NCBI GenBank assembly: GCA_963792945.1
Contig: CAWBYM010000019.1
Coordinates: 66,158-130,157, forward strand
DNA: 64,000 nt
Direction of reading: 5' to 3'
Source: an uncultured delta proteobacterium
GTDB taxonomy: Bacteria; Desulfobacterota; Desulfobacteria; Desulfobacterales; SG8-13
The position numbers were made by a program, and so were the translations under genes. Shown here one piece after another: positions 45,700-55,420 of the stretch. Numbering within the stretch: position 1 is the first letter of the stretch; every line of letters starts with the position of its first letter. The notes under the pieces were generated by a model. The model did no database searches. It worked only from the letters and a program-made list of their open reading frames with translations, and had not been told where the DNA came from.

Positions 45700-47466
45700 G
45701 TGAATAACACTTTCGACGAGAAACTGCTCAAGGCCCGCGGCCAGATGCTGTACTACCGGGATTCCCTCTTGCGCATTCAGTCTGAGGCGGATGCAGCTTC
45801 TCGCTGGCGGCCTGCGCTCACCCTAAAAGCGGAATGTACCGCTGCCATCGACCTGCTGGACAAGATGACCGCGAGGCTGGACCGCAAACTGATCGTGACC
45901 TTGATCGGTCCCAGCGGCGCCGGAAAGTCGACCTTGTTAAACGCCCTGTCGGGCAATGACACGCTGTCCCGTACCGGCAATGACCGACCGACCACGCGGG
46001 AGGTTGTCGCTTTCTGCCGCTCGCGGGCGGATGCCGATATTCTGCTCAACGAATTTGGGACCGATAACCTAGCCGTGCTGCCCCAGCCGGGTGCCGAGGG
46101 CCTGGAGAGGGTCATCCTGGTCGACACGCCCGACATGGACAGCACGGAAAGTGAAGCGTTTCACCCCATTCTCGAGAAAATCATCGCCTTAACCGATGTA
46201 CTGGTCTGCGTGCTGAACGCCGAAAATCCGAAGCGTCGGGATACGATCGTATTTCTGAAACGATTCGTCGACCTTTTCCCCGGCTCGGCGCTTTACGTCG
46301 TACTGAACCGTTGTGACCGTCTGCCGTTGGACGAATTGACCGAGACCATTCTTCCGGATCTCAGAGGGCACCTCGAATCCTCCTGGCGGCGATCAGTGGA
46401 CAGCATATTTAGCACCAGCGCCCGCAGCCATCTCGGAGATCCCCGGTGGCCGGAGGGAGAAAAACCGCTCCACGACTACGACCAGTTTCTGCAGCTGCGG
46501 GACCTGATCTTCGGGAACCTGTCCCACAGCGGGCGTTTCGTCGATGTGCGTACCGAACGGGCAGAGCATCTGGTTGGTTTGGTTAGTCGATCGGCACGCC
46601 GCAGCGTTGCAGATGTGGCTGATGAGCTGTTGGAGGCCCGGAAGGACATCGTCGAGCTCGAACACCGGGCGACACTGGCAGCAACGACGACGCTCAGGGA
46701 GACCGGGGCCGAAATGCTGACCGGGATTCAGGCTATTTTTTACCAGAATCTTGCCGGCCGCTGGTGGGGTCCGATAGGTTGGCTCGTGGCTCTATGGGCC
46801 CGGTTTCTCATGGCCGGAGCCGGCGTTGTGGCCACACTGCGCTTCGGCAATCCCCTGGTGCAAATCTGGGGATTGCTTTCTTCTCTCGTGCGTTACCGGA
46901 AAACACGCCAGGCGGTTGAGGATGCCACGGCCGGCGGCGACATGGCCCCGGCGATACTCAGATATCGCAACACCATTCATCAAGGGTGGCCGGATATTGC
47001 TGCAAAGCTGATACGGGCGGGGTTCGACAGCCGGGTGCGCAGTACGGCGGCGGTGATGCCCGATGAAAAAGACCTGTTAAAAAGGCTGTCTGCCACTTGG
47101 AAATCGAAATTGGAAGCAGTGATGGAGCAGCGGGCCTCGGCGGTTTCGGGTTTTGTGCTGCAGCTGATTTTCAATTTGCCGACACTGGCCGTCATGGGAC
47201 TCTTCACCTACCAGAGTGTAACCAGCTTTCTGCTGCAAAAAACCCTGCCGCCGGGATACTTCCTGCATGCCGGCGTCAGTATTCTCATGGTGTGGCTGCT
47301 CTCTTTTGTCCTGCTTCAGGTCATCGTGCGGTTCGCCAGCAGTCGCAACCTGCTCGACAGCGCCTTCAAACAGCTTGTCGGTGAAGTGGATTTCAGCGGT
47401 CTCGAACTGCTCAGCCGCTCGATTGTAAATGAGGTCGACGCTGTTTTTCGATTGGGCGAAGAGTAA
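45700..47466 (+). CDS. large P-loop GTPase-like membrane protein (588 aa), second of the tandem pair
   Basis: G1 LIGPSGAGKSTLLNAL, G3-like ILVDTPDMDSTES, and G4-like VVLNRCD. Hydrophobic hairpin WWGPIGWLVALWARFLMAGAGVVATL and two C-terminal TM helices. GTG start with GAGGTGA upstream. Confidence 0.7.
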   Translation: MNNTFDEKLLKARGQMLYYRDSLLRIQSEADAASRWRPALTLKAECTAAIDLLDKMTARLDRKLIVTLIGPSGAGKSTLLNALSGNDTLSRTGNDRPTTREVVAFCRSRADADILLNEFGTDNLAVLPQPGAEGLERVILVDTPDMDSTESEAFHPILEKIIALTDVLVCVLNAENPKRRDTIVFLKRFVDLFPGSALYVVLNRCDRLPLDELTETILPDLRGHLESSWRRSVDSIFSTSARSHLGDPRWPEGEKPLHDYDQFLQLRDLIFGNLSHSGRFVDVRTERAEHLVGLVSRSARRSVADVADELLEARKDIVELEHRATLAATTTLRETGAEMLTGIQAIFYQNLAGRWWGPIGWLVALWARFLMAGAGVVATLRFGNPLVQIWGLLSSLVRYRKTRQAVEDATAGGDMAPAILRYRNTIHQGWPDIAAKLIRAGFDSRVRSTAAVMPDEKDLLKRLSATWKSKLEAVMEQRASAVSGFVLQLIFNLPTLAVMGLFTYQSVTSFLLQKTLPPGYFLHAGVSILMVWLLSFVLLQVIVRFASSRNLLDSAFKQLVGEVDFSGLELLSRSIVNEVDAVFRLGEE

Positions 47467-47669
47467 TCGACGACAAAATTATTGGCAGAATGATCACCCC
47501 ATCTTTGGGTAATAGCCGCAGGCGTGATTTCTATCAATGGGTGCAACGTCAGAACGGAGAAATAGTCAGGAGGTCCAAGAGCGGAATATATGCTTCTTGA
47601 TATAGCGTTCGGCCGCTCGGGGGGGCGCAACAATGACAGGAACACCAAGCAGAGCCATTGCTGGACCTG

Positions 47670-48080
47670 CTAACTCTCCCAGTCCACCAGTTTACGGATA
47701 TTTGTGACATCGAAAGCGGCGGCTGCAACGATCATCTTTGCTGCATCGGCGCCGGCGTGCTCGGCTATGGCAGTCTTGATGATATCGTACAAGGGGCCAG
47801 CTTTCTGGATCTCCTTCAATTTTAGATAGAGACGCAAACCAGGCGTCTGGAATCCTACGGGGCTCTCAGTGACGCAGAATAGAACGGCCAATGGGTTTTC
47901 TTGAAGATTTTTCAGACTGCGGTTGTTGCCAAGTCCCAGAACGACCGACCCGTCTTCCATTAACCGTAGGCTGCCAAAGTAAGCTGCGTTAGGCTGTCCT
48001 TTTCTGTCGGCGGTGCCCAATACTCCGACCCTGCCGGGCTTGTTTACTATTTCAAACACCTCTTTATCGATTTCTGCCAT
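47670..48080 (-). CDS. pyridoxamine 5'-phosphate oxidase-family FMN-binding protein
   Basis: 136 aa. The sequence VGVLGTADRKGQPNAAYFGSLRLMEDGSVVLGLG is a split-barrel pattern. Confidence 0.75.
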   Translation of the reverse strand: MAEIDKEVFEIVNKPGRVGVLGTADRKGQPNAAYFGSLRLMEDGSVVLGLGNNRSLKNLQENPLAVLFCVTESPVGFQTPGLRLYLKLKEIQKAGPLYDIIKTAIAEHAGADAAKMIVAAAAFDVTNIRKLVDWES

Positions 48081-48310
48081 GGTATCCTCTTAAAATAAAA
48101 TTGAGTGAAAGTGTCACAAAGGTTATGGAGTGCCGATTTATTGCCCAGAGGGAGCATCGCGGAATGTACCAGCTCTCTGCCCGGTCCCTTGTGACCGCTC
48201 GCCGCAGAAACACTTGTTCGCAGCAAGTCGAAAATTAAGATACGATCTGGTTGAGTCAGCACGATCGGCCGCAGGGTTGCTTTTAGGCCAGGGAAGTCAA
48301 CCGGTCGATG

Positions 48311-49165
48311 TTACTCTGGTGTCGAATTGAGTTGAACCATCGCATCGAATATGGGGAGCCTTTGTCGGGTAAACTCGCCAATCCATTTGTCGTAAATCTC
48401 AAAAATATTTTTTGAACGGCAAAGGTCAGATATCACCCGATCGGCCGCCAGACGAAAATCGGCATCGTTGCGTCGCACAGCAAGCGCAAAAGGCTCAAAG
48501 GAGAACACGGTCGATTTGATCGCAAAGGTTGTTGGGTCCTCCTCTTTCGAGGCCATACCGATGAGCACGATTTGATCAGAAGAAAAGGCGTCGATTTTCT
48601 TCTGACGCAGCGCATCGATACTTTCTTTTGCTGAATCGAATAAGACAACTTCCGCATTCGTTGATGTTTCTTGAATGAGTTTGTTCAATTCGGCTGCTGT
48701 GGTTGTACCTTTTACGACCCCGATTTTTGTTCCATCGAGACCGGAATCGAAGGCGCTGCTGTCCTTCCGGGTCATGAGCGACGCACCGGTGACAAATGTC
48801 AGCTGAGTGAAATCGACATGTTCGCTGCGGGATAGGGTCTTGGTGGTTGAACCGCATAATATGTCGATTTTCCTGTCCCTGAGAGCGTTAAAGCGTCCTT
48901 CGGCTGTCACGGGAACATACTCAACTTTGATATCCTTGCCGATTAGGGACCCGACCTCCGCTACAATTTTCTCGCAGATATCGATGGAATAACCCGCCGG
49001 ACGGCCGTCTTTACCTAAAAATGACATGGGAGGTTCGGCTTCACGATAGCCGATTCTGATTTTTCCCGATTTTTTAATCTGTTGAAGGGTTCCCTCGGGT
49101 TCCTGCGCGGCTATCGGGCTTGCCAGACAAACAATAAACAATATGACGGCCAATTTGCCTCTCAT
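48311..49165 (-). CDS. periplasmic amino-acid-binding protein (ABC substrate-binding protein family 3), orphan
   Basis: Signal peptide, then IKKSGKIRIGYREAEPPMSFLGKDGRPAGYSIDICEKI. No permease or ATPase gene is adjacent. Confidence 0.85.
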   Translation of the reverse strand: MRGKLAVILFIVCLASPIAAQEPEGTLQQIKKSGKIRIGYREAEPPMSFLGKDGRPAGYSIDICEKIVAEVGSLIGKDIKVEYVPVTAEGRFNALRDRKIDILCGSTTKTLSRSEHVDFTQLTFVTGASLMTRKDSSAFDSGLDGTKIGVVKGTTTAAELNKLIQETSTNAEVVLFDSAKESIDALRQKKIDAFSSDQIVLIGMASKEEDPTTFAIKSTVFSFEPFALAVRRNDADFRLAADRVISDLCRSKNIFEIYDKWIGEFTRQRLPIFDAMVQLNSTPE

Positions 49166-49431
49166 GATCGTTTTCTCCTGAATTGTTAAGGGTTAAATGA
49201 GGAGGAAGGATCTCTGACCCCGAAAAAAACCTTAGATGAATTCCTTTTAAGAGTCAATATACGGCGATGGCATTTGTGGCACCAAGCCCAATCGAGTTTT
49301 TCAGGATTGCCCCTTTTTAGCATAACGGGCAAAAGACGTATAAACGACGATTGTTGACGGCGCTATCGGTCAAGCCCTGCGGCCGCTAACGGATTATCAT
49401 TTAATCGATAGCGAACAGCCCGGTAAAAATA

Positions 49432-49460
49432 TTGACAAAGTATTGCAAAAAATATACAAT
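49432..49460 (+). promoter_or_regulatory. near-consensus sigma70 promoter, predicts a leaderless transcript for the RHH-PilZ gene
   Basis: TTGACA (49432-49437), exactly 17 nt, TACAAT (49455-49460). The ATG at 49467 is only 6 nt past the -10 hexamer and has no SD. Confidence 0.5.
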
Positions 49461-49466
49461 TATTGT

Positions 49467-49967
49467 ATGAAAAAAGATATCGTTTATTCCATTCGAATGG
49501 CCAGTCTAGTCCGTGACACTCTTAAGCGTGCAGCGACTAAAGAGCGGCGGACGGTTGCATCCCTGCTGGACAAGATCATCCTTAATTATCTCGAAGAGCA
49601 ACTCTATCTTTTACCGCATGAGATCGGTGATGACCGTCGTGCCCATCAAAGGAGCAAAATCACCCTTCCGGCCATGACGATCATGGAAAATGGTATCAAA
49701 AATTATTCATTTCCCTGTGTGATTACCGATATTGCCATGGGCGGCGTCAATATTACTTACCCCAAAGGATCAAAGGTCAAGGAAGTTTTACTGCGTGGTC
49801 AGGATGATTTCCGGCTATTGTTTAAACTTCCCGAAAATGGGGAGGAAATCGATTTCCATTGTGATGCCCGCCGTTTGGTGGACGAGGACAGAGAAATCCA
49901 TGTCGGTGCAAAGATAAACGACCCGAATCCTAACGACCTGAGCAAGTTGAAAACCTACCTGAGCTAA
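49467..49967 (+). CDS. ribbon-helix-helix (CopG/Arc-like) + PilZ domain fusion protein
   Basis: N-terminus IVYSIRMASLVRDTLKRAATKERRTVASLLDKIILNYLEE fits the beta-alpha-alpha RHH pattern. C-terminus has the PilZ motifs RRAHQR (RxxxR) and DIAMGG (DxSxxG with S->A) 27 residues apart. Confidence 0.7.
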   Translation: MKKDIVYSIRMASLVRDTLKRAATKERRTVASLLDKIILNYLEEQLYLLPHEIGDDRRAHQRSKITLPAMTIMENGIKNYSFPCVITDIAMGGVNITYPKGSKVKEVLLRGQDDFRLLFKLPENGEEIDFHCDARRLVDEDREIHVGAKINDPNPNDLSKLKTYLS

Positions 49968-50011
49968 CCCCTCTGAATCCAGAAATTTCAGTAGGCCGCA
50001 AGCGAGATCAT

Positions 50012-50053
50012 GGCCAATTTTTCTTTCCATCGAGAAAATGGCCTGGTTTATTA
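50012..50053 (+). terminator. possible terminator after the RHH-PilZ gene
   Basis: GGCCAATTTTTC / GAGAAAATGGCC is a 12-bp stem with 1 mismatch, followed by TGGTTTATTAT. Confidence 0.35.
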
Positions 50054-50182
50054 TGGCTTCCAGTCCATCATCGCTGTGGCGCGACCTCCGGACGCATTCG
50101 GCAATCCGGGTGCAGCAATCGTTGCGGAACGGTGAGAATGAGACAGCCGGAGGTAGACGGTGGGTCAGATGGTCTCAGACAT

Positions 50183-50686
50183 TCAATTCCCGAACATGGC
50201 CCCGGTAGGGCCCAGGTGACAGGAGTAGCAGCCAAACCCGGTTCGGGTGACCAGGCTGAAGGGTTTCAGACCTAAAGACTCGGCCATCATTGGCACGAGG
50301 CGGTTCAACTTCAACCGGGTCGTTTCGGGGTGTTTTTCGAACTCGGGTCCAAGAAGCAATTCGCCGCTGAGTTTGGGGAGATGGGCCGTGGGCATTTTAA
50401 AGTTTTCGGTGATCTGTCCAATACCATGGCACAGGCTGCAGTCCACATTGGCATAACGCTCGGGACGCCATTCGCCGAAAAGTGCGGCAGCACGCGGCAG
50501 GATCACGCTTTTCATGTGTTCTTTGCGCTGAGACAGGTTCATTGCGGCCCAAGTCAATTTCTTCCCGTCAAGCCCCGCGGGTCCCACGCCTTTCGGATAA
50601 CAACCCCAACAGACCAGCGCGACGGAAACCATCAAAAGAAAGAGGATGAAACGGTTGCGGTAACCCAAAAGAATGCCTTCCTTCAT
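50183..50686 (-). CDS. putative dihaem c-type cytochrome lipoprotein
   Basis: Lipobox-like LVCWGC and two CxxCH motifs (CSLCHG, CYSCHL). Confidence 0.6.
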   Translation of the reverse strand: MKEGILLGYRNRFILFLLMVSVALVCWGCYPKGVGPAGLDGKKLTWAAMNLSQRKEHMKSVILPRAAALFGEWRPERYANVDCSLCHGIGQITENFKMPTAHLPKLSGELLLGPEFEKHPETTRLKLNRLVPMMAESLGLKPFSLVTRTGFGCYSCHLGPTGAMFGN

Positions 50687-50799
50687 TTATATAAGCCCCT
50701 TTCACAAGATTAGAAAAACGCTCGCAAATTGGCATGTTCACTCTCTGGTGGGTATTGGTGGAAGAGCAACAGCCTGGAGGAGACCTTGGTGTCAATGAG

Positions 50800-51567
50800 T
50801 CAGCCAATTTTGACGGCAAGCATTGAAACTGAGCCTCCATCGAAACCCTGTACCGGAAAGTTCACCGGATCCGTTTCCCTGCGCAGCCCCAGCACATAAA
50901 TAAAAGGCAGATAGTGATCCGGCGTCGGAACGGACAATAAGGCGTCTTCGCCGAAACTTTTGTAATCGACAAGCGGTTCATATTCTCCTTTGAGCAACAT
51001 CTCACGCGCACTGCTTTCAAACCGAACCGCCCAGTCGAAATGCGGCCTATGCCTGTCGTTCCACGCATAGGCCGCCAGATTATGAACTAAATTTCCGCTG
51101 CCGATTACCAGTACACCTTCTTTGCGCAACGGCTTCAGCCGCTTTCCCATTTCAAAGTGGAATGCCGGCGGCTGCGTCTCGTCGATACTCAACTGGACCA
51201 CGGGAATTTCCGCCTGCGGGAACACATGTTTCAACACCGACCAGGTCCCATGATCCAGGCCCCAGCTCTCATCAAGCATCACCCTGACGGGTTTAAGCAG
51301 CTTTTGAACGCGCCGGACGAGGCCGGGGCTCCCCTGAGCGGGGTATTCCACTTGATTGAGTTCCTTGGGGAACCCGCTGAAATCATGTATCGTTGGAGGC
51401 GTTGGACTCGATGTCACCATACAGAAGGGAATGTAATAATGGGCAGATACCGAAAGTATGGCCTTGGGATGTGGGATGGATTGGCGAATTGACGCCCATC
51501 CCTCGGTATAATCATTTAAGGACAGGGCGTTCATGGGGTTGCCGTGCCCAATGAAAAATGCGGGCAT
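50800..51567 (-). CDS. ygiD: 4,5-DOPA dioxygenase extradiol (YgiD family)
   Basis: MPAFFIGHGNPMNAL...ILSVSAHY...DHGTWSVL...VIGSGNLVHNL. ATG 51567 lies 26 nt after the upstream gene's stop. Confidence 0.85.
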   Translation of the reverse strand: MPAFFIGHGNPMNALSLNDYTEGWASIRQSIPHPKAILSVSAHYYIPFCMVTSSPTPPTIHDFSGFPKELNQVEYPAQGSPGLVRRVQKLLKPVRVMLDESWGLDHGTWSVLKHVFPQAEIPVVQLSIDETQPPAFHFEMGKRLKPLRKEGVLVIGSGNLVHNLAAYAWNDRHRPHFDWAVRFESSAREMLLKGEYEPLVDYKSFGEDALLSVPTPDHYLPFIYVLGLRRETDPVNFPVQGFDGGSVSMLAVKIG

Positions 51568-51592
51568 CAAAATAGGTTTTCTTTCATTTTTC

Positions 51593-52444
51593 TTAACATT
51601 CTTTCCTGTTAACAAAAGCGATGATTTCCTCGACGATGCGCTGTGCGCCCTCACCAAACAGCATGGTCATATGGTTGCCGGGGACTTCTACGTAGTGCCC
51701 ATTTGCCACGGCATTGACTGTCTCCATTGCTTGTTCACGGGGCAAGACCGGGGGAGCGTCTTGCGGCCCAAAGGGACCCAACGCATTGAGCAACAGCATC
51801 GGCTGGCTGACGGCCGCGAGGTGCATGGCCCAATCTTCATCGAGGGCCTTTTCCACCGCTTCGATGATCGCTTCGGGGCGAGAGCGCGGTTTAACCGTCC
51901 CATCGGCACGGACGTCGACGTCTGCTCGATAGTAATTTTCGATAGCCGGGTCCCACCATCCCCGGTAGAAAGGCATCTGTTTCATGGCGGCGATGTATGC
52001 ATCCCAAGACGGCAGAACCTTGCCCAATCGGTCAACGGACGGTTTGATCAACTCCCGCACTTGCGGGTGCATCGAGCTTGCGGCATCGATCACCACCAAC
52101 TTGCTGACCCGACCAGGATAGTGGGCCGCCATGAAGAGACTCAGCAAGCCCCCAAACGAATGACCGCCAAGCACGACGCGCTCGAGTTTCAACCCATTGA
52201 GCAATCCAACGATGTCTGCGGCATGGTCGGCCATACTGTAACCGTCTTTGGGTTTGTCACTCAGGCCGCGTCCGCGCAGATCAACGGCCAACACCCGCAG
52301 CGCGGGACTCAGCCCAGACGCAATAAGACCGTCAAATGAATGGGCGTTGGCCGTCAAGCCCGGCATGAGCACTAAAGGGCCGTTTTCGCCGGCGTGATCC
52401 AGATAGTGCAATCGAATGTCGTTTACCTGCAGCCACCGATCCAA
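51593..52444 (-). CDS. alpha/beta-fold hydrolase
   Basis: LVLMPGLTANAHSF and the GHSFGG nucleophile elbow. Confidence 0.85.
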   Translation of the reverse strand: MDRWLQVNDIRLHYLDHAGENGPLVLMPGLTANAHSFDGLIASGLSPALRVLAVDLRGRGLSDKPKDGYSMADHAADIVGLLNGLKLERVVLGGHSFGGLLSLFMAAHYPGRVSKLVVIDAASSMHPQVRELIKPSVDRLGKVLPSWDAYIAAMKQMPFYRGWWDPAIENYYRADVDVRADGTVKPRSRPEAIIEAVEKALDEDWAMHLAAVSQPMLLLNALGPFGPQDAPPVLPREQAMETVNAVANGHYVEVPGNHMTMLFGEGAQRIVEEIIAFVNRKEC

Positions 52445-52524
52445 TGTCTATCTCCTCTGTCATAAATTATTGACTACCGAAGACTTTTTTAAACCCAAAT
52501 GGGTTGTTTCTCCAATAAAGCCAG

Positions 52525-53730
52525 TCACGATCCCTGGATATCGTATCCAGCGCTTTGCAGTGTTTCCGTAATTTCTTTGACATGCGCCGGCCCGCGGGTT
52601 TCCAGTTCCAGGTCCACATGGGTGACGTATAGGGGAATGCCCCTCACGTTGCGGTCGTGATAGATGTGGAGGACGTTGGCTTTGGTGCCGGCGATCAGCG
52701 CCAGCAAGCGGGACAGGGAGCCTGGAATATCGGCCATCCGAATACCGACCCGCATGACGCGTCCGTGCAGGGTCAGTCCCTGGCTGATAATCCGCCCCAG
52801 GAGCGGACTGTCGACATTGCCGCCGCTGATGACAAGGACCGTTTTACCCTCCCGAGGGAGCTTGACCGACCCGTTCATCAGCGCCGCCAAAGGGGCGGCT
52901 CCAGCGCCCTCGGCCAGAATTTTTTCACGTTCCAGCAGCAGCAGGATGGCCGCCGCGATCTGCTCCTCATCCGCCATGACAATGTCATCGACGCCTTTTT
53001 GAATGATATCGAAAGTCAGTCGGCCGATCTTTTTGACACTGATACCGTCGGCAATCGACGACCGGCCCTCGACCGGAGTGAGCTGTCCCGTCATAAATGA
53101 TTCGTAGGCCGACGGGCAGGCCGCCGCCTGTACGCCGACAACCCGGGTTTCAGGAGACAGGTTCATGGCCGCTGACACGATACCGGATATCAGACCACCG
53201 CCGCCGACGGGAACGAGAACCAGATCCGGACGCTCCAGTGCATCGAATATTTCGAGGCCGGTGGTCCCCTGTCCGATGATGATGTCTTCATCGTCAAAGG
53301 GGTGGACGAGCATTTTCCCGCTACGGGCCAGCCTCTGGGCTTCTTCGAGGCACTCTCCGATACTCTGACCGTAGGTGACCACCTCGGCACCGTACATGCG
53401 GGTGGCTTCCTCTTTGGTGATCGAAACCCATTCGGGCATGACAATGGTCGCCGTAATTTCGAGTTGTTTAGCCGCCAGGGCCAGACCTTGGGCGTGGTTG
53501 CCGGCCGATGCGGCGACCACGCCGCCGGGGCCGATGTCCGCCGAACATTTCAGCAGTTTGTTAGCGGCACCGCGGATTTTGAATGAACCTGTTTTCTGAA
53601 GGTTTTCCAATTTGAGATACACGTCGCCGCCGAACATGCGGCTGATGACCGGGGAATGAACCAGGGGCGTTTGGACGATCCAGTGCCGAACCCGTTCCGC
53701 GGCCTGCCTGAGAGTTTTCAGGGAAATCAT
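52525..53730 (-). CDS. ilvA: threonine ammonia-lyase (PLP-dependent, with C-terminal ACT-like domain)
   Basis: YLKLENLQKTGSFKIRGA PLP-lysine motif, ASAGNHAQG, and VPVGGGGLISG. Start taken at MISLKTL (53730). Confidence 0.88.
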   Translation of the reverse strand: MISLKTLRQAAERVRHWIVQTPLVHSPVISRMFGGDVYLKLENLQKTGSFKIRGAANKLLKCSADIGPGGVVAASAGNHAQGLALAAKQLEITATIVMPEWVSITKEEATRMYGAEVVTYGQSIGECLEEAQRLARSGKMLVHPFDDEDIIIGQGTTGLEIFDALERPDLVLVPVGGGGLISGIVSAAMNLSPETRVVGVQAAACPSAYESFMTGQLTPVEGRSSIADGISVKKIGRLTFDIIQKGVDDIVMADEEQIAAAILLLLEREKILAEGAGAAPLAALMNGSVKLPREGKTVLVISGGNVDSPLLGRIISQGLTLHGRVMRVGIRMADIPGSLSRLLALIAGTKANVLHIYHDRNVRGIPLYVTHVDLELETRGPAHVKEITETLQSAGYDIQGS

Positions 53731-54184
53731 GTGACACTCCATGGGGTGAAAGATGAGACGCGTTGTTCACCACCATACTGGGGGCATGTGGCCGTGGATG
53801 TCAAGCTCAGTGGTCTGAATACATATGGAATGGTTTGGGACCGATCTTGCCGGTTGATATTTGTTTGTTAATCTCTTATGAATTAAAAATCGATCTCCCG
53901 AATACGGTTTGGCGCTCCGATACCGATTGTCTCCTGAAAACCCTGCGGCAGCTAATCGATCGATTGATGACCAACCGGAGACGTCTCTTTATGAACAGGT
54001 CAATCCTGACTGACGTCAGCCTATAAACGGCCTTTATTTCCGTCGTGTGGGATTCACCGCAGGATTCCGGCTGCAAGCCACTGTGCCGCCCTACCGCCCG
54101 GTGGAATCTATTGCTGTGAAGAAACTGGTCACCCTATGCCCCCTCCATCCGCTAACGGATGGGGATGAACTGGGAGGTGATTCT

Positions 54185-55288
54185 ATGCCGTTTACTCTTC
54201 CTGAATATCGTTCCCCGGACTTCAACAGTCCGAGAATGGCCAATGCCCCTGAAGTCAAATTCGAACCGGTGGAGACCGCTGGCGTCGCTCCTGGAAATTA
54301 TCACGGGACCTCAGTCTATCCGGAATATATACACCTCGAAAAAGGGGAGTGGCGTCTGGTCGAGGCATCGCGTATGGATTGCGTGGTTGTGCGCGGTCCG
54401 GATGACCGGCTGCGGGTGACCGAGTTCAGAAATCTCAAGGCCGGCGATCTCGTGGCCGTGGGAAGGCGGGAAAACGGTGAGGACGGCATCTACGTCCATA
54501 CCGACGCCTTCGATTTCCCCGAATACGTGAAAGAAAAATTTGCCTTCCGATCGCATTTGACACGCGAAACCTCTTTTTCCATCGATTATGATGAACTCTA
54601 CGACTTGTTGAAGTTCGAGAAGAGTAACGGATTTGTTCTGTGGGTGCTGGGTCCGGCGGTGGTGTTCGACCACGACTCAAGGCAGGCTTTCGCAGCGCTC
54701 ACAGAGGCCGGGTTCGTTCACGGGTTGATGGCCGGCAACGCCCTTGCCACCCATGATCTGGAGGGGGCTCTGTTCGGCACGGCCCTCGGTCAGGAACTCT
54801 ACGCCAAGCGGTCCGTGACCATGGGGCACTACATGCATCTGGATGCGCTGAACACGATCCGCCGGATCGGATCGATTCGTGAGGCCATCGGCCAGGGGCG
54901 CATCGCGAACGGCATCATGCATGCCGTCATCCGCAAGAATATCCCTTATATTCTGGCCGGATCCATCCGTGACGACGGGCCCATGCCCGGAGTCGTCGCC
55001 GATGTTTACCAGGCGCAGGATGCCATGCGGCAGTTGACCCGGCGGGCGACGACGATCGTCTGCCTGGCCACGCAGCTGCATGCCATCGCCACCGGCAACA
55101 TGACGCCGTCTTATACGGTGACAAACGCCGGCCGGGTTCGGCCGGTATACTTTTACTCGGTGGATATGTCCGAATTTGCCGTCAGCAAGCTGGCGGATCG
55201 GGGGTCCCTGACGGCCCGATCCATCTTGACCAATGTCCAGGATTTCGTTGTCACCGTTGCCCGGGGGCTCACCGACCGCTGCGGTTAA
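54185..55288 (+). CDS. LOR/SDH-domain protein of the TIGR00300 type (archaeal-type ornithine cyclodeaminase / ArgZ C-terminal domain-like)
   Basis: ATG 54185 has GGGAGGTG upstream. GFVLWVLGPAVVFDHDSRQAF...AGNALATHDLE...IPYILAGSIRDDGPMPGV resembles this family (from memory, not searched). Confidence 0.65.
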   Translation: MPFTLPEYRSPDFNSPRMANAPEVKFEPVETAGVAPGNYHGTSVYPEYIHLEKGEWRLVEASRMDCVVVRGPDDRLRVTEFRNLKAGDLVAVGRRENGEDGIYVHTDAFDFPEYVKEKFAFRSHLTRETSFSIDYDELYDLLKFEKSNGFVLWVLGPAVVFDHDSRQAFAALTEAGFVHGLMAGNALATHDLEGALFGTALGQELYAKRSVTMGHYMHLDALNTIRRIGSIREAIGQGRIANGIMHAVIRKNIPYILAGSIRDDGPMPGVVADVYQAQDAMRQLTRRATTIVCLATQLHAIATGNMTPSYTVTNAGRVRPVYFYSVDMSEFAVSKLADRGSLTARSILTNVQDFVVTVARGLTDRCG

Positions 55289-55420
55289 GGGCCGGTCAAT
55301 CCAGTGGTCTGAAGCACATTGGACGTTGCCATCCTGTGAACCGATACGTTCGGCTATACGAGGGACATCCGTCCCCCGCTTATGGCTGTCGATGCCAAGG
55401 CGGCAGGTTCTCAGCTGCAA

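Noticed and set aside
53763-54076. Small ORFs (87 aa +, 66 aa -) in the AT-rich ilvA / LOR-SDH divergent spacer
   Set aside because: They mutually overlap, lack SDs, and are low-complexity. The region is more plausibly a divergent promoter region.
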